From assembly GCA_041576975.1 (NCBI GenBank), contig JBFGJY010000005.1:1-62658 (forward strand): a stretch of 62,658 nt of DNA, read 5' to 3'. This stretch comes from Gammaproteobacteria bacterium. GTDB lineage: Bacteria > Pseudomonadota > Gammaproteobacteria > UBA4575. This document shows positions 11,618-23,348 of this stretch, piece by piece. Below the pieces are notes generated by a model. It searched no databases. It was not told where the DNA came from and saw only the letters and a list, made by a program, of their open reading frames with translations. Numbering within the stretch: the first letter of the stretch is position 1; every line of letters starts with the position of its first letter. Both the position numbers and the translations under genes were made by a program.

Positions 11618-14455
11618 ATGAGCGAATATAAAGACACATTAAACTTGCCCAAAACTTCTTTTCCAATGAAAGGAAATCTTGCGCAGCGCGAACCTGAGAT
11701 GTTGAAGCATTGGGAAAAGCAAAATATCTACCAACAAATTCGCACAGCGCGCAAGGGGGCTAAAAAATTTATTTTGCACGATGGGCCGCCTTATGCAAAT
11801 GGTGATATCCATATCGGACATGCAGTAAATAAAATTCTTAAAGACATCATTATTAAAAGCAAAACATTAGCTGGATATGATGCCCCGTATATTCCAGGTT
11901 GGGATTGCCATGGTTTGCCAATTGAACATCAAGTTGAGAAAAAAATTGGTAAGGTCGGCGTTAAGAAAAACCATAAAGAATTTCGTGACGCATGCCGAGA
12001 ATTCGCCAGTAAACAGATTGACAAACAACGCACAGACTTTAAGCGGCTTGGAATCTTTGGAGAATGGGAACAGCCTTATCTCACCATGGATTTCAGCTAT
12101 GAGGCGGACATCGTACGTGCATTAGGCAAAATCTATGCAAAAGGCCATATCGTTAAGGGCTTTAAACCAGTTTACTGGAGTGTAGTCGGTGCTTCTGCAC
12201 TTGCAGAAGCAGAAGTGGAATATCAAGACAAAACTTCATTTGCTATAGATGTACGCTTTAGTATCGCAGATGAAAAAGCATTTACTGAAAAATTTGGTTC
12301 TATCGAAGGTGAAGGTCCAATTTCAGTTGTGATTTGGACTACCACTCCCTGGACTTTACCCGCTAATCAAGCAGTCTCCTTAAACCCTGAGTTAGATTAC
12401 GTATTGGTTGAATGCGCACATAAAAATGGAAAAGAACGTCTACTACTTGCAGATGCATTATATCAATCGTGCTTACTGCGTTATGGAATTGAAAATTACA
12501 AAATCGTAGGGCATTGCAAAGGTAATAAATTAGAAAATATTCAATTACAGCATCCGTTTTATAATAAAACGGTACCGATAATTTTAGGTGGGCATGTAAC
12601 CACTGAAGCCGGAACTGGAGCAGTGCATACTGCGCCAGATCATGGAATCGAAGACTTCGATATCGGTAAAATATATGGAATAGGTACGCTTAATTTGGTT
12701 GATGAGCATGGCGTATTTAGTGATGAAACCGGTTTATTTGCTGGCGAACATGTTTATAAAGTTGATGAAAAAATCATTGATGCCTTGTTCGACAACCATA
12801 AATTAGTTTACCAAACTAAGTTTCAACATAGCTTTCCCCATTGCTGGCGTACTAAAACCCCATTGATTTACCGCGCCACACCACAATGGTTTATTAGTAT
12901 GCATGCAAAAGGATTGTTAGAAGAAGTAAATAAACAAGTCGAAACGGTGGAGTGGATTCCTGAATGGGGTAAGGCACGCATCAAAGGGATGTTAGCGAGT
13001 AGTCCAGATTGGTGTATCTCTCGACAACGCACTTGGGGTGTGCCAATTACTTTTTTTGTGGACAAGAAAACCGAGGAACCACACCCAGATACTCCTGCCT
13101 TGATTGAAAAAATTGCACAAAAAATTGCACAAAAAGGATTGGATGCCTGGTATGACTTAGATGCAAAAGAATTACTCGGCGATGAAGAGCATCAATTTAA
13201 AAAAGTAACGGATACGTTAGATGTTTGGTTTGACTCCGGAATTACCCACTACGCCGTTGCACAAAAAAGATTAGGGGTTGATCTAGAAAAAAACCAGCGT
13301 GTGAATTTGTATCTTGAAGGTTCTGATCAACATCGCGGTTGGTTTCAATCTTCTTTAAAAACTTCCGTGGCGATGCATGATATCGCTCCATACAAACAAG
13401 TCCTTACGCATGGCTTTACGGTTGATGCAGACGGCAGAAAGATGTCTAAATCATTAGGTAATGTAGTTGCTCCACAAAAAATTTGTAATAGCTTAGGTGC
13501 GGATATTTTACGTCTTTGGGTGGCCGCAACGGATTATAGTGGTGAGTTAAATGTATCCAATGAAATTCTAAATCGCACTTCCGATGCATATCGGCGCATA
13601 CGCAATACAATTCGTTATTTGCTTTCTAATCTAAATGGTTTTGATCCAGAAAAAGATTCTATCCAAGCCGATGCAATGGTTTATCTCGATTACTGGATCG
13701 TGTGGGAAACAAAACAGCTGCAGGATGTTATTACACAACATTATAAGAATTATCAGTTTCACAGAATTTATAACTTGATACACAATTTTTGTGTGTTGGA
13801 ACTTGGTAGCGACTATCTTGATATTATTAAGGATCGTCAGTACACCACGCAAGGACAGAGTCACGCACGCAAATCGGCACAAACCGCGATGTTTCACATT
13901 GCGGAAGCACTCATACGATGGATTACACCCATATTAAGCTTTACTGCCGAAGAGGCCTGGCAGCATCTACCAGGTAAACGAGATGCAACCGTCTTTACTC
14001 AAAAGTGGTATAACTTAGATAAGTTTAGTGCAGATAAAGGTGAAATAAATAATCAAGATTGGAAAGGTATACTTGAAACAAAAGAAAAAATTAGTAAACA
14101 GCTGGAAGAATTACGCAACAATAAGGAAATCGGCTCTGCACTGGATGCAGAAGTGAAAATTTGGCATGCGCCAGAGTACTTAAAAAAAATAAAGAATGAT
14201 GAATTACGCTTTGTGTTTATAACTTCCTCTGCCGATATTATTGAAGGTGAGGCACTCCCCAAAACTGCGACAAAACTATCTAATACAAATAGTAATGAAT
14301 ACTTTATTGAGGTAAAAAAATCTGCTTATCAAAAATGTATACGCTGCTGGCATCACCGCGAAGATGTCGGATCAGATTCTCATCATCCTGAGTTATGTAG
14401 CCGTTGTGTAAGCAATCTACCTGATGGCCCTGGTGAGCAACGCCGCTATGCATAA
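11618..14455 (+). CDS. ileS: Isoleucine--tRNA ligase
   Basis: HIGH, KMSKS, C-terminal CIRCW...CSRC zinc finger. Confidence 0.99.
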   Translation: MSEYKDTLNLPKTSFPMKGNLAQREPEMLKHWEKQNIYQQIRTARKGAKKFILHDGPPYANGDIHIGHAVNKILKDIIIKSKTLAGYDAPYIPGWDCHGLPIEHQVEKKIGKVGVKKNHKEFRDACREFASKQIDKQRTDFKRLGIFGEWEQPYLTMDFSYEADIVRALGKIYAKGHIVKGFKPVYWSVVGASALAEAEVEYQDKTSFAIDVRFSIADEKAFTEKFGSIEGEGPISVVIWTTTPWTLPANQAVSLNPELDYVLVECAHKNGKERLLLADALYQSCLLRYGIENYKIVGHCKGNKLENIQLQHPFYNKTVPIILGGHVTTEAGTGAVHTAPDHGIEDFDIGKIYGIGTLNLVDEHGVFSDETGLFAGEHVYKVDEKIIDALFDNHKLVYQTKFQHSFPHCWRTKTPLIYRATPQWFISMHAKGLLEEVNKQVETVEWIPEWGKARIKGMLASSPDWCISRQRTWGVPITFFVDKKTEEPHPDTPALIEKIAQKIAQKGLDAWYDLDAKELLGDEEHQFKKVTDTLDVWFDSGITHYAVAQKRLGVDLEKNQRVNLYLEGSDQHRGWFQSSLKTSVAMHDIAPYKQVLTHGFTVDADGRKMSKSLGNVVAPQKICNSLGADILRLWVAATDYSGELNVSNEILNRTSDAYRRIRNTIRYLLSNLNGFDPEKDSIQADAMVYLDYWIVWETKQLQDVITQHYKNYQFHRIYNLIHNFCVLELGSDYLDIIKDRQYTTQGQSHARKSAQTAMFHIAEALIRWITPILSFTAEEAWQHLPGKRDATVFTQKWYNLDKFSADKGEINNQDWKGILETKEKISKQLEELRNNKEIGSALDAEVKIWHAPEYLKKIKNDELRFVFITSSADIIEGEALPKTATKLSNTNSNEYFIEVKKSAYQKCIRCWHHREDVGSDSHHPELCSRCVSNLPDGPGEQRRYA

Positions 14456-14699
14456 GCTGCATATTGCACCAGACCGCCCATAAGTTTCGGCATGCGGATG
14501 ATAAAATAAACGCTATGCAAGATTTTAATAAACATAGTTTCTATTACACTAGGGCTAGCCGATTTTTTGCTGGATCTCCCTTTACTCGGCTAGCTCTTCG
14601 TTCAAGCCATAGCTACTGCTATGCCTTTCAGTCCAGAGCGGCGCCCGGTAAAGCGGTCTCTCACCCAAAATTTCGGATCCTGGCGCAACATGCAACTTA
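14453..14699. mobile_element. TA-flanked MITE-like insertion between ileS and lspA
   Basis: Terminal IRs TAAGCTGCATATTGCACCAGA / TCCTGGCGCAACATGCAACTTA; internal hairpins; in silico removal restores an ileS/lspA overlap. Confidence 0.75.
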
Positions 14700-15223
14700 A
14701 ATGGCTTTGGTTGACAGTGATTGTGGTGATTGCCGATCAAGTGAGTAAGCAAGCCGCAACGCATTTATTAGTTCCATTTGAACCATATTCATTTTTACCT
14801 TATTTTAATTTTTCATTAACTTTTAATAAGGGCGCTGCCTTTAGCTTTTTGAGTAATGCCGGTGGCTGGCAACGTTGGTTTTTCACTGTGCTAGCTATCG
14901 GAGTAAGTATTTTTATCCTATTTTGGTTGAAAAAACTCACTTCAAAAGAAAAGTTACTGGCGGCTAGTCTGGCATTGATATTAGGAGGAGCGATCGGCAA
15001 TGTACTCGATCGCAGCCTTTACGGCCACGTAATCGACTTCATAGATTGGTTTTATTATTCCAGCACAAAGTGTCTACCTTTTTTCTATCAACTGAATCAT
15101 GCATCATGTCATTGGCCAACGTTCAACCTTGCAGACTCAGCAATTTTTCTCGGAGCTATGCTGATGATCATACAAGCCATATTTAATAAAGAAACACAGA
15201 CTGATGGAAGTGCTACTCGCTAA
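14690..15223 (+). CDS. lspA: Lipoprotein signal peptidase II
   Basis: [34 protein letters not shown]; start MQLKWLW. Confidence 0.95.
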   Translation: MQLKWLWLTVIVVIADQVSKQAATHLLVPFEPYSFLPYFNFSLTFNKGAAFSFLSNAGGWQRWFFTVLAIGVSIFILFWLKKLTSKEKLLAASLALILGGAIGNVLDRSLYGHVIDFIDWFYYSSTKCLPFFYQLNHASCHWPTFNLADSAIFLGAMLMIIQAIFNKETQTDGSATR

Positions 15224-16148
15224 TCCTCGAGGTTTTTGTGCCGGCGTGGATCGTGCCATTGAAATTGTAGAGCGCGCGTTAAAATTATTTGGTGCACCAA
15301 TCTATGTTCGGCATGAAGTCGTGCATAACAAATTTGTCGTCGATGATCTTAGAAAGAAAGGCGCAGTATTTGTTGATGAGTTAAACGATGTACCCGATGG
15401 TTCAACGGTGATATTCAGTGCACATGGCGTTTCAAAGGCTGTTCAACAAGAGGCCGCTAATCGCGATGTAAAAGTATTTGATGCGACGTGTCCATTAGTG
15501 ACTAAAGTTCACTTGGAAGTTGCGCGTTATAGCAAACAAGGACTAGACACTATACTTATTGGTCACAAAGGTCATCCGGAAGTCGAAGGCACAATGGGAC
15601 AATATGATCTATCCAACGGGGGACAAATACATTTAGTTGAAAATATGGATGACGTAGTTAAGCTTAAGGTCAACGGTAAGAATAAAACCGCTTTTGTCAC
15701 ACAAACCACTTTATCTGTAGATGACACCAGTGACATTATTGATGCCTTAAGACAACGCTTTCCAAATATCATTGGTCCAAAGAAAGACGACATATGCTAC
15801 GCCACACAAAATAGACAAGATGCGGTAAAAAAATTAGTAAAAAACTGTGACTTGCTTTTGGTCATTGGATCCAAAACCAGTTCCAACTCCAATCGCTTAC
15901 GTGAGATCGCAGATAAAAATGGCGTTGAGGCCCACCTCATTGATGGCCCAGAACAAATTACAGATACTTGGCTAACTCAGAAAACTAAAATAGGGGTAAC
16001 TGCAGGCGCTTCTGCTCCAGAAATATTAGTTCAGCAAGTGATAGAGCGTTTAAATAAACTTCCCAACACGAAAGTTGTAGAAGAAATTGGCAAGCAAGAA
16101 AATATAATATTCCCTTTACCCAAACCTTTTCGGGCAACCACTAACTAA
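15204..16148 (+). CDS. ispH: 4-hydroxy-3-methylbut-2-enyl diphosphate reductase
   Basis: [26 protein letters not shown]. Confidence 0.98.
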   Translation: MEVLLANPRGFCAGVDRAIEIVERALKLFGAPIYVRHEVVHNKFVVDDLRKKGAVFVDELNDVPDGSTVIFSAHGVSKAVQQEAANRDVKVFDATCPLVTKVHLEVARYSKQGLDTILIGHKGHPEVEGTMGQYDLSNGGQIHLVENMDDVVKLKVNGKNKTAFVTQTTLSVDDTSDIIDALRQRFPNIIGPKKDDICYATQNRQDAVKKLVKNCDLLLVIGSKTSSNSNRLREIADKNGVEAHLIDGPEQITDTWLTQKTKIGVTAGASAPEILVQQVIERLNKLPNTKVVEEIGKQENIIFPLPKPFRATTN

Positions 16149-16151
16149 ATT

Positions 16152-16565
16152 TTACCAACATATATTTTGAGCTAAGCCTGCAGAATTGGTTTTGTTTTGT
16201 GCCTCATCTATTCCTAGGTTTGCACACTTATCATTTGCTTGATCAGTGCCTGCAGGCGGGGTTGCAGTTAGGGTAAAGGTTTGCGCATTGGCCCCTGTAA
16301 CCGTCGCAGTAATGCCATAAAATCCTTCATGGCTTGTGGCTAGAATACCTGAGTTTGCTAGCGTGGCACTGTAACGGCCAAATTGCGTGTAGTGTCGTTC
16401 CATTCTGGCTGCGGCATCCATCAATGCAGCCTTTCCATCCGAGCGGTGGGTTTTTCGAAGTTGTTCGCGATAAGATGGATAGGCAATAGACGCAATAATC
16501 ACAACGATACTCAAGGCTATCATTAACTCAATCAGAGTAATGCCACATATGTATCTCATATCCAC
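16152..16565 (-). CDS. pilE: Type IV minor pilin PilE-like (extra copy)
   Basis: G-ITLIELM prepilin site; YPSY..Q.RK..RSD. Confidence 0.85.
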   Translation of the reverse strand: MDMRYICGITLIELMIALSIVVIIASIAYPSYREQLRKTHRSDGKAALMDAAARMERHYTQFGRYSATLANSGILATSHEGFYGITATVTGANAQTFTLTATPPAGTDQANDKCANLGIDEAQNKTNSAGLAQNICW

Positions 16566-16830
16566 TGCCTAATAATTCTCTACCACTATTGCTACGGTTT
16601 TTATGAAAGTAACAATGCAACAAAATAGGAAGGTAAAATATAATATAACAAGTGGGCGAGAGACAACTCTCAAAGATGAAGGCTTGATTATTATATAAAT
16701 CCTTGATATCACAAATACCTGAGCAGATGAGTGCTATTATTTGTGTTGAGGTAATTCGATATTAGTTATCTTATATATAATTTAACCAACGGTTCTTAAT
16801 TAGTAGATAGAAAAATTCTAAATTGTAGTT

Positions 16831-17241
16831 TTACCAACATTGGTTAAGCGGTAACGTACCGGTTCTACCCTCTAGTCCCGTGTTAGTTATAGTAAGATTT
16901 CCACACGCATCGCCTGCTTGAGCACCTTGGCCTGTGCAAGTTAACGTAAAGGTTTGGCCGCCGCCGCCTACCACGGCAGCTGCCGTATAGAATCCTTCAT
17001 CACTTACATTATCTGGGAGAGCCAACCCTCCGCCGGTAATTGTAGCGGTATAGCGACCAAATTCTGTATAGAAACGTTCTTCAAGACTCGCGAGTTCCAT
17101 AAGTTGAGTGTGACAATCTGATCTGCGCGTTTTGCGCATTTGTTCTTGATAGCTTGGATACGCAATCGACACAATGATTCCAAGTACAGCAATTACGATC
17201 ATCAACTCTATAAGAGTCATTCCTTTGTTGCGGTAAAACAT
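16831..17241 (-). CDS. pilE: Type IV minor pilin PilE (cluster C)
   Basis: G-MTLIELM; YPSYQEQMRKTRRSD; C-terminal CW. Confidence 0.88.
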   Translation of the reverse strand: MFYRNKGMTLIELMIVIAVLGIIVSIAYPSYQEQMRKTRRSDCHTQLMELASLEERFYTEFGRYTATITGGGLALPDNVSDEGFYTAAAVVGGGGQTFTLTCTGQGAQAGDACGNLTITNTGLEGRTGTLPLNQCW

Positions 17242-17301
17242 AACTTAGCCTATTTCCATCGGTATGAGTATTAATGTCTAATAAAGTGTACAGACAACGA
17301 A

Positions 17302-17667
17302 TTAAGTACCATCAGATTCTTCTCTGTGTGCAGTATATTCTTCCAAGTCAAATGTAGATGGTAGTTTATACAACTCGGTAATCATCCTTTCATACTGACC
17401 TATTCGATAGAAGTTACAGCCAACTTTGTCGCCAAGTTGTAGATCGCTTAATGCCAATGAAAGACCAGACGAGCTATATACTTGTACGTCTACTGCAATA
17501 CTAAAAACTGTATCGTTTATCACTGTTTGATTTTCATTAGTACTGCTTTCAAGCGTACCAGCATATGAAAATGGATAGTGTTCAGCGAATGCCGAATTAA
17601 ATACCGGCATCACTATTAACATTAGTATCAAGACTAATCCTTTTTTAAGCTTACAATTCATTTCCAT
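17302..17667 (-). CDS. Small exported protein at the pilY2 position (cluster C)
   Basis: Signal peptide (AFA-E); lies between pilY1 and pilE. Confidence 0.55.
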   Translation of the reverse strand: MEMNCKLKKGLVLILMLIVMPVFNSAFAEHYPFSYAGTLESSTNENQTVINDTVFSIAVDVQVYSSSGLSLALSDLQLGDKVGCNFYRIGQYERMITELYKLPSTFDLEEYTAHREESDGT

Positions 17668-17688
17668 ATTTATGCTCCAACTTATGTG

Positions 17689-20600
17689 TTATTCAATCAC
17701 CATTTCTTGCCATGAGAGTCTGCCAGTCGAATTGGGGTTTTGATCTACCACGTCTACAATGGTTACGGAGGTACTACCGGTATCCGTTACATACAGTTTA
17801 TTACCCAAGAAACTTAGACCTGCGGGAATACCCACGCCTGAAAATTCGACGCCGGCTGCATGTGTCATACCGGTCAGCATATCGCTTGAATCGATAATCC
17901 CATCTGCATTAACATCAAAGGCGCCCTGTGGTGGATTTAAACCATTTTCTGTGGTGACGGCCATGAGGTAACCTGTACCACCCCCCAGACTACACGTTGT
18001 AGTGGCTGGAACCATGGTCGCAAAGAAAACGAGTTTGCCGCGCACCACTGCATCAATAATGACCCGTTCACCCGTATCGATAAGGTCAAAGTACCAACCA
18101 AAATCATCGCCTGAAGTAGGCGCATTGCTATAGTTCACTTGTACGGTAGTGCTTATGAATCGTGCACGTGGGTCCGTCGCATCCTGCGTGAGGGTTTGCT
18201 GTAATAGATCATCTTTATCTAAATTGCTGGTTCCTGCATCCCACACGGCGTAAAAGCTTTGTGTATCAGTGGTGGCGTTATCCGTAGTCGTCAAATACTG
18301 ACCGGTACCAAAATACACCATCACGTTGGGGGCGTTTTGTGGGGTCGTACCCACATTTGGTAGTCTTGCCACAACGGGTTTCACCGTAATCGGCTGATTG
18401 CTCTGTGACTTAAACAATGGCTCTGGATTTAAGGAACCATCGACATAGGCCGAGCCCCAGTTAGCCGGATTTGAATCAGAAATATCAAAGACCCATAAAT
18501 TTCCTTCCACATCGCCACCATACAGACGATCTGCCGTGCCGTTATCATCTAGATCGATAACAGTCAACGTGGACATGCCATTTAGATTCGAGGTAGAACC
18601 TACACCAGTTGGCAACTTGATATAGTTTGTATTCTGTGCCCAAGCGCCATGAATACCGGTACCGGTACCATCCAGGCTACCTTCCATTAACAACACATAT
18701 ACGGCTGCTTCACCACTGCCTGTATTGTTATAGCCATTGCCAAACACCACCCCCCACTTGTCATTATTTAGCATGACCACCGTGGGCTCACTAAAAGAGT
18801 TCCCTAAATCGGGATCGTCGGTGTTATCGAATTCCCACAATACATTTTGTGCGATATCCGCTGCGCTGTTTGTATAGGTAGATGGATTTGTAATATCTAA
18901 TGCATATAAACCGCGTCCGCCACCACGCACGCCAGCTACAAGAACGGTACGCCAACTGGGTGTACCCGTAGGAGCAGTCTTGATGTATGCGTCACTAATC
19001 GAAGTCGTCAGATCTACGTAATAGGTATGTGCGTAATTGGGATCCGTCAGATAATGCAATCCACCCGCAGCATTGGTGTCGTATAAAAAGTTCGGGATAT
19101 ACGTCAGCAACTCGATACCCGTATTGGCATCAAAGGCATGCAACATTCCATCGTTACTACCGGCGTAGATCGCCTTAGTACGGTTTTGATAGGTAGTGCT
19201 GCCTTTAAATGTGGAATAGCGCTCCGATGCGGTTCCAAATGGATCGGCATCAGGGTAATTTAATTCCGGCGCACCCACAAACTGTGGAGATGAATGTACG
19301 ATATCCCCAAGAAGGCTGGTGCGCGTGCGGAAATTATACCCAGCACCCTCATTACTACGATCCCCGGCAACAAATGCTAGTCGTGCCTGCGCAATGGTGT
19401 CGGTGGATGGAGTGCTGTCTGGATTGGTACGCAAGTCATCTTTTTGATAATTAGTCAAGTTGCCCCAGGCAAACTGCACGCCATCGGTGTCGTTATAGGT
19501 GTAGATCTTACGTGAATTCATGCCAAGATTCCTTGAATCCAACAATGCTTGGGCTGACCATGCCGGTGTCGGATTGAGTGCACCGGTAGTTACATTCAGG
19601 TCGTATGCCAATACGTCCCCTTTCCAGCCCGTGGTATTAAACTGTGATAAAAAGATTCTTGAACCGGCTTGCAATGACTTGGAGTTAAACGTCACCGCTG
19701 CGGCACTGCCTTCACGATCGCCAATAGAATTAATTGCGGCCTCCAACGCGGAAATTAAGGTTGCGGGGTCGCGCGCACTCAGGAATTCACCTCTTGCATT
19801 CCAAGCGGCATGACGCATGTCATCAACGGTTGTCGTGGTGTTGGCAACAGGTAGTGGCCAAGTAAACGGGCTGGTGCGATCGGGTGGATTGGCGGTTAGA
19901 GTTCCGTCAACACCAAAGGCCACGGTGTAGGTCACCAGATGCTGCGCATCATTATCATCCACTCCAGGAATTGTCGGTACACCATTTGCGAGTGAAGTAG
20001 ACAAATCGGTTTCATAGTAATACATGGCCACATCGGCAAGTACGTCACTAAAGTTATCCGCATGCGAACCGCCGTCCCACGAGCTGTTATTATCACCATC
20101 ATGATTTGGCATGGTGAACCCAGTGTCACTATTCCAAAATCCATCGGAGAATAAAATATTAAAGTTTTGTTGACATTCCCCGCCATTGGCTTGGGAAAGT
20201 ATCGGGCTGGGATCATTAAAGCCCAGCGCATTATGGTCATTATCATTGCCGGCTTGATCAAAGTATCGTCCTACATTACGCATTAAACTACGCAACGGTG
20301 TGCCGCCGGTTGAATTCACTTGCCCCAATTCATCCAGCAGAGTGATTTTATCCGAGTTGTTGTTCATGTCTGCGATGGGGGTCCCCACATTGTTATTGTT
20401 GTGCAGCGTAGCAAGGCCCATGTAATCATCGGAATTCCAAATGAGCTCAGAGATCGCGCGTTTCGCTACATATTCACGTTTTTGGTAATACGAATACCAG
20501 TTGGCATAGTTGCGCTGTGAATTGGGATAGCCCACATCCCCAGGATTCAGGGTCGCGGGCAATGAATCCACACGAATGCCGGCATTGTTATCAGGAACAT

Positions 20601-21162
20601 TACACTCATCCGTGGGATCGTAAGCTTGGCCTCCCGAAATGGAGCCTGGACCATCATATTCACCATCACCATCCATATCGTTCCAGGTGAAGTAATAGTG
20701 ACCTTTGATATCATCCTCATTATCGTTGTCATAGGGATCGAATAGCGCCTTTTCAAGATCACCACCTTTAGGCATGTCTTGATAGGTAATACCGTCTTCA
20801 TCTTCGCCTTTCCAGGGGGTATAGACAAAATTTGGGTTATAGGCGAGTACATTAAATCCGACACAAAGTTCACGGCGTTCCGTGACATTGTCCGCGGTAA
20901 AATCGAGATAATCGTCGGTCCGACCTCCAGGTGAAAAAGTACCGGCATTTAAGGTGATCTCCCAGTTCATACTGCCTGAATCGTCAATTGCAAAGAAAAT
21001 ATTCGGCGGTACCTTGTTGCCTAAAAATAGTGGGCTTTGTGCCAGTGGACCGGGCTTTGCTTGTGCGGTGCCTGCAAGCAGCGAACCTACTACAAGCATT
21101 GCAGTGATCCAGGTAGTTTTGTTAAGTCCTGTTCGTCTTTCCATCATATTGCTCCAACTCAA
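17689..21162 (-). CDS. pilY1: PilY1/PilC adhesin (cluster C)
   Basis: DDSGSM vWA-like N-terminus; LGDIVHSSP, GSNDGMLHAF, DLDDNGTADRLYGGD; GRLSWQE end. Confidence 0.92.
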   Translation of the reverse strand: MSWSNMMERRTGLNKTTWITAMLVVGSLLAGTAQAKPGPLAQSPLFLGNKVPPNIFFAIDDSGSMNWEITLNAGTFSPGGRTDDYLDFTADNVTERRELCVGFNVLAYNPNFVYTPWKGEDEDGITYQDMPKGGDLEKALFDPYDNDNEDDIKGHYYFTWNDMDGDGEYDGPGSISGGQAYDPTDECNVPDNNAGIRVDSLPATLNPGDVGYPNSQRNYANWYSYYQKREYVAKRAISELIWNSDDYMGLATLHNNNNVGTPIADMNNNSDKITLLDELGQVNSTGGTPLRSLMRNVGRYFDQAGNDNDHNALGFNDPSPILSQANGGECQQNFNILFSDGFWNSDTGFTMPNHDGDNNSSWDGGSHADNFSDVLADVAMYYYETDLSTSLANGVPTIPGVDDNDAQHLVTYTVAFGVDGTLTANPPDRTSPFTWPLPVANTTTTVDDMRHAAWNARGEFLSARDPATLISALEAAINSIGDREGSAAAVTFNSKSLQAGSRIFLSQFNTTGWKGDVLAYDLNVTTGALNPTPAWSAQALLDSRNLGMNSRKIYTYNDTDGVQFAWGNLTNYQKDDLRTNPDSTPSTDTIAQARLAFVAGDRSNEGAGYNFRTRTSLLGDIVHSSPQFVGAPELNYPDADPFGTASERYSTFKGSTTYQNRTKAIYAGSNDGMLHAFDANTGIELLTYIPNFLYDTNAAGGLHYLTDPNYAHTYYVDLTTSISDAYIKTAPTGTPSWRTVLVAGVRGGGRGLYALDITNPSTYTNSAADIAQNVLWEFDNTDDPDLGNSFSEPTVVMLNNDKWGVVFGNGYNNTGSGEAAVYVLLMEGSLDGTGTGIHGAWAQNTNYIKLPTGVGSTSNLNGMSTLTVIDLDDNGTADRLYGGDVEGNLWVFDISDSNPANWGSAYVDGSLNPEPLFKSQSNQPITVKPVVARLPNVGTTPQNAPNVMVYFGTGQYLTTTDNATTDTQSFYAVWDAGTSNLDKDDLLQQTLTQDATDPRARFISTTVQVNYSNAPTSGDDFGWYFDLIDTGERVIIDAVVRGKLVFFATMVPATTTCSLGGGTGYLMAVTTENGLNPPQGAFDVNADGIIDSSDMLTGMTHAAGVEFSGVGIPAGLSFLGNKLYVTDTGSTSVTIVDVVDQNPNSTGRLSWQEMVIE

Positions 21163-21205
21163 ATTAAATTCCGTTTTAAATATCTATTACAAAATAACTA
21201 AGCCA

Positions 21206-21778
21206 TTACAGACCTGATCGTGCGAAGTAGCTTTGCAAAAATACAATTGAATTCGGCGACAAACCTTGGCTCATCGTGATCACTTTAAATAAGTTCACAT
21301 CAGAACTAATGGTCTGTTGGCCATACCCGCCAATTGTGGTCACCGGATTCGCTCCAACAAAGGGATCCACATTACCAATGTGTTTCACGACAAATCTTGG
21401 GGTAACCGTGCGGCTTACCGTGGTGCCATCCGCCTCAAGCGGAATCGGATTAGGTGAGACTGCCGAATTTGTTCCTGTCCAGGTGTTTGGATCAAAATAG
21501 TCTGGCTCAGCATCGGTTTCGCCAAGCAGCCCGTTCGTGCCATTTAAGGCAGCAATATTTACAAAGCCCAAAATTACGGCTTCTGCATCAAGCATGCCGC
21601 GTTCGGCGGATTGAAAAGCCACGCTGCGATCACGAATATTTGAAGCCATTTTTTCTTCCATAGTTGCGGTACGCATTCCGGCAAGAGAAATCATGGTAAT
21701 CACGGCTAAGATCAACAATGAAATCACCAGTATCGCGCCTTGTTGTTTCTTTGCATTTACTTTCACATCTAGCTCCAC
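21206..21778 (-). CDS. pilX: Minor pilin PilX (cluster C)
   Basis: QQG-AILVISL, MEEKMASN.RDR..AFQ.AE. Confidence 0.88.
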   Translation of the reverse strand: MELDVKVNAKKQQGAILVISLLILAVITMISLAGMRTATMEEKMASNIRDRSVAFQSAERGMLDAEAVILGFVNIAALNGTNGLLGETDAEPDYFDPNTWTGTNSAVSPNPIPLEADGTTVSRTVTPRFVVKHIGNVDPFVGANPVTTIGGYGQQTISSDVNLFKVITMSQGLSPNSIVFLQSYFARSGL

Positions 21779-21798
21779 TATTCAAAATATCTACTGGT

Positions 21799-22827
21799 TT
21801 AAATTGTTGTGGTATCCGTTCGATTACGAATCGTCGATGTGGCCGTAAATACGCGACGACTACGGTTATCGGTAGGGGTGAAGGTACCGATCCCGGGAAG
21901 CGTGTAAGCAATAGGTGCTTGATTGCGCGCCTCTTCGGCACGCACTAACAACGCAATTCTCACACTGATCACATTATTGAAATCCGTAACTGAATTTGCC
22001 GGTATATAACGATCTACTACGCCGTCTATAGGTACGCTGGTATCTTCTCCATATACAATCTGCATGGTCTCCACGCCTGGAATGATTACTTGGCCATTTC
22101 TGGTTAAAGCCGGTTCACCAGTGGTTGCATCCGTGCCAATTGCATAGGCAACCCCAGAGGCGCGCGTAAATAGGGATGCTAGTGTGGAATAATTAAACGA
22201 TAAGTCATCACTGGTATTTACCGGATTACCACCCGCATCATTTTGTGCATGCGCGATTTGCCATTGATCATCTACTGCATCACCATCTGTATCTACACCC
22301 GTAATCGCCGTCACGGTAAAGATGTCACCGCGCTGACAATCAGAAATTGTCAGGGTGTCTCCTGGGTTAATTGAACCGGTAGGATCAAAGCCTATCGTAA
22401 TCACATCGGCGGTAGTGGCCATATCCGCGACTACTTGGCCGGAGACATTGGTGGCTCTTGAAATTGAAAAGCTATCGGCTCCAACGTTGTAGCCAGCATC
22501 TGGCGCAGTAGGGCCAGCAGCCTCTTGCCCGCCTATGCCACCGTTGGCAAACTGTGCAGCAGCTGCACCCACTACGTTGTTCGTTACATTTGTGGGATCC
22601 GGTACACACCCCCAAAAATCTGCATAGCGTATATCGCGTGTGATGTACTCCATGGCAAACCGGCCGTTTTCTTGCATACGCGCTAGAGTATCTTGCTGCT
22701 GGTAGTTGCTCTTGTTTTGGGTGAACAACTGCACCACTGCAATCAGTACCAAAGAGTTGATCACCAATGTGACCATCAATTCGACAATCGAAAATCCTTT
22801 TTGCGGTTGCATATTACTTTTCATCAT
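21799..22827 (-). CDS. pilW: Minor pilin PilW (cluster C)
   Basis: G-FSIVELMV, MQENGRFA, GVE.MQ..YG.D. Confidence 0.9.
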   Translation of the reverse strand: MMKSNMQPQKGFSIVELMVTLVINSLVLIAVVQLFTQNKSNYQQQDTLARMQENGRFAMEYITRDIRYADFWGCVPDPTNVTNNVVGAAAAQFANGGIGGQEAAGPTAPDAGYNVGADSFSISRATNVSGQVVADMATTADVITIGFDPTGSINPGDTLTISDCQRGDIFTVTAITGVDTDGDAVDDQWQIAHAQNDAGGNPVNTSDDLSFNYSTLASLFTRASGVAYAIGTDATTGEPALTRNGQVIIPGVETMQIVYGEDTSVPIDGVVDRYIPANSVTDFNNVISVRIALLVRAEEARNQAPIAYTLPGIGTFTPTDNRSRRVFTATSTIRNRTDTTTI

Positions 22828-22828
22828 T

Positions 22829-23338
22829 TTAAAAACTCATAACAAAACGTTGATTACGTGCACCTGTGGCATTTTTTTCATCAGTCCAATCAATATAGAC
22901 AACCGTCACCGCACCAAGCCCGTCACAATTAGGCAGGATTGCGGGATTAGCTACATTTATATCTGGAACTGAATCCACACATACCACGCCACGTGCATTG
23001 GGAAGGTCTGCCGCTGCTGCGATGCTGTCTAGCCAACGACGTATATCGGTTGCAGCCATTTGTGCTGCAGTACAGCCCGCCGTAGTTTCACATGCAGCCG
23101 TTACTGCAGGTGGCGCGCCCGTGCCATCATAGTTATACGCAACACCCGCATTGGCACGTGCTCGATCGGCGATATCTAATGCCAGCATGGTGGCAACGGT
23201 ACGTGAATGTGCGCTGCTATTATTTTTCATGGCAGTAAGCTGTAAACCCGCAAGCCCCATGAGACCAATCGAAAATACAGAAACTGCGACCATAACTTCT
23301 ACCAATGAGAATCCTAATTGTCGTTTTATTAATTTCAT
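22829..23338 (-). CDS. pilV: Minor pilin PilV (cluster C)
   Basis: G-FSLVEVMV, GLAGLQ, DIADRARAN. Confidence 0.9.
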   Translation of the reverse strand: MKLIKRQLGFSLVEVMVAVSVFSIGLMGLAGLQLTAMKNNSSAHSRTVATMLALDIADRARANAGVAYNYDGTGAPPAVTAACETTAGCTAAQMAATDIRRWLDSIAAAADLPNARGVVCVDSVPDINVANPAILPNCDGLGAVTVVYIDWTDEKNATGARNQRFVMSF

Positions 23339-23348
23339 AAGCTTATCT

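Noticed and set aside
13105-13136. 12-bp tandem duplication in ileS (KIAQKIAQK)
   Set aside because: In frame, two copies only; no evidence of a functional repeat.
14464-14764. ORFs of 78 aa (+) and 60 aa (-), and the 23-aa N-terminal extension of LspA
   Set aside because: They lie within the MITE and have no protein-like features.
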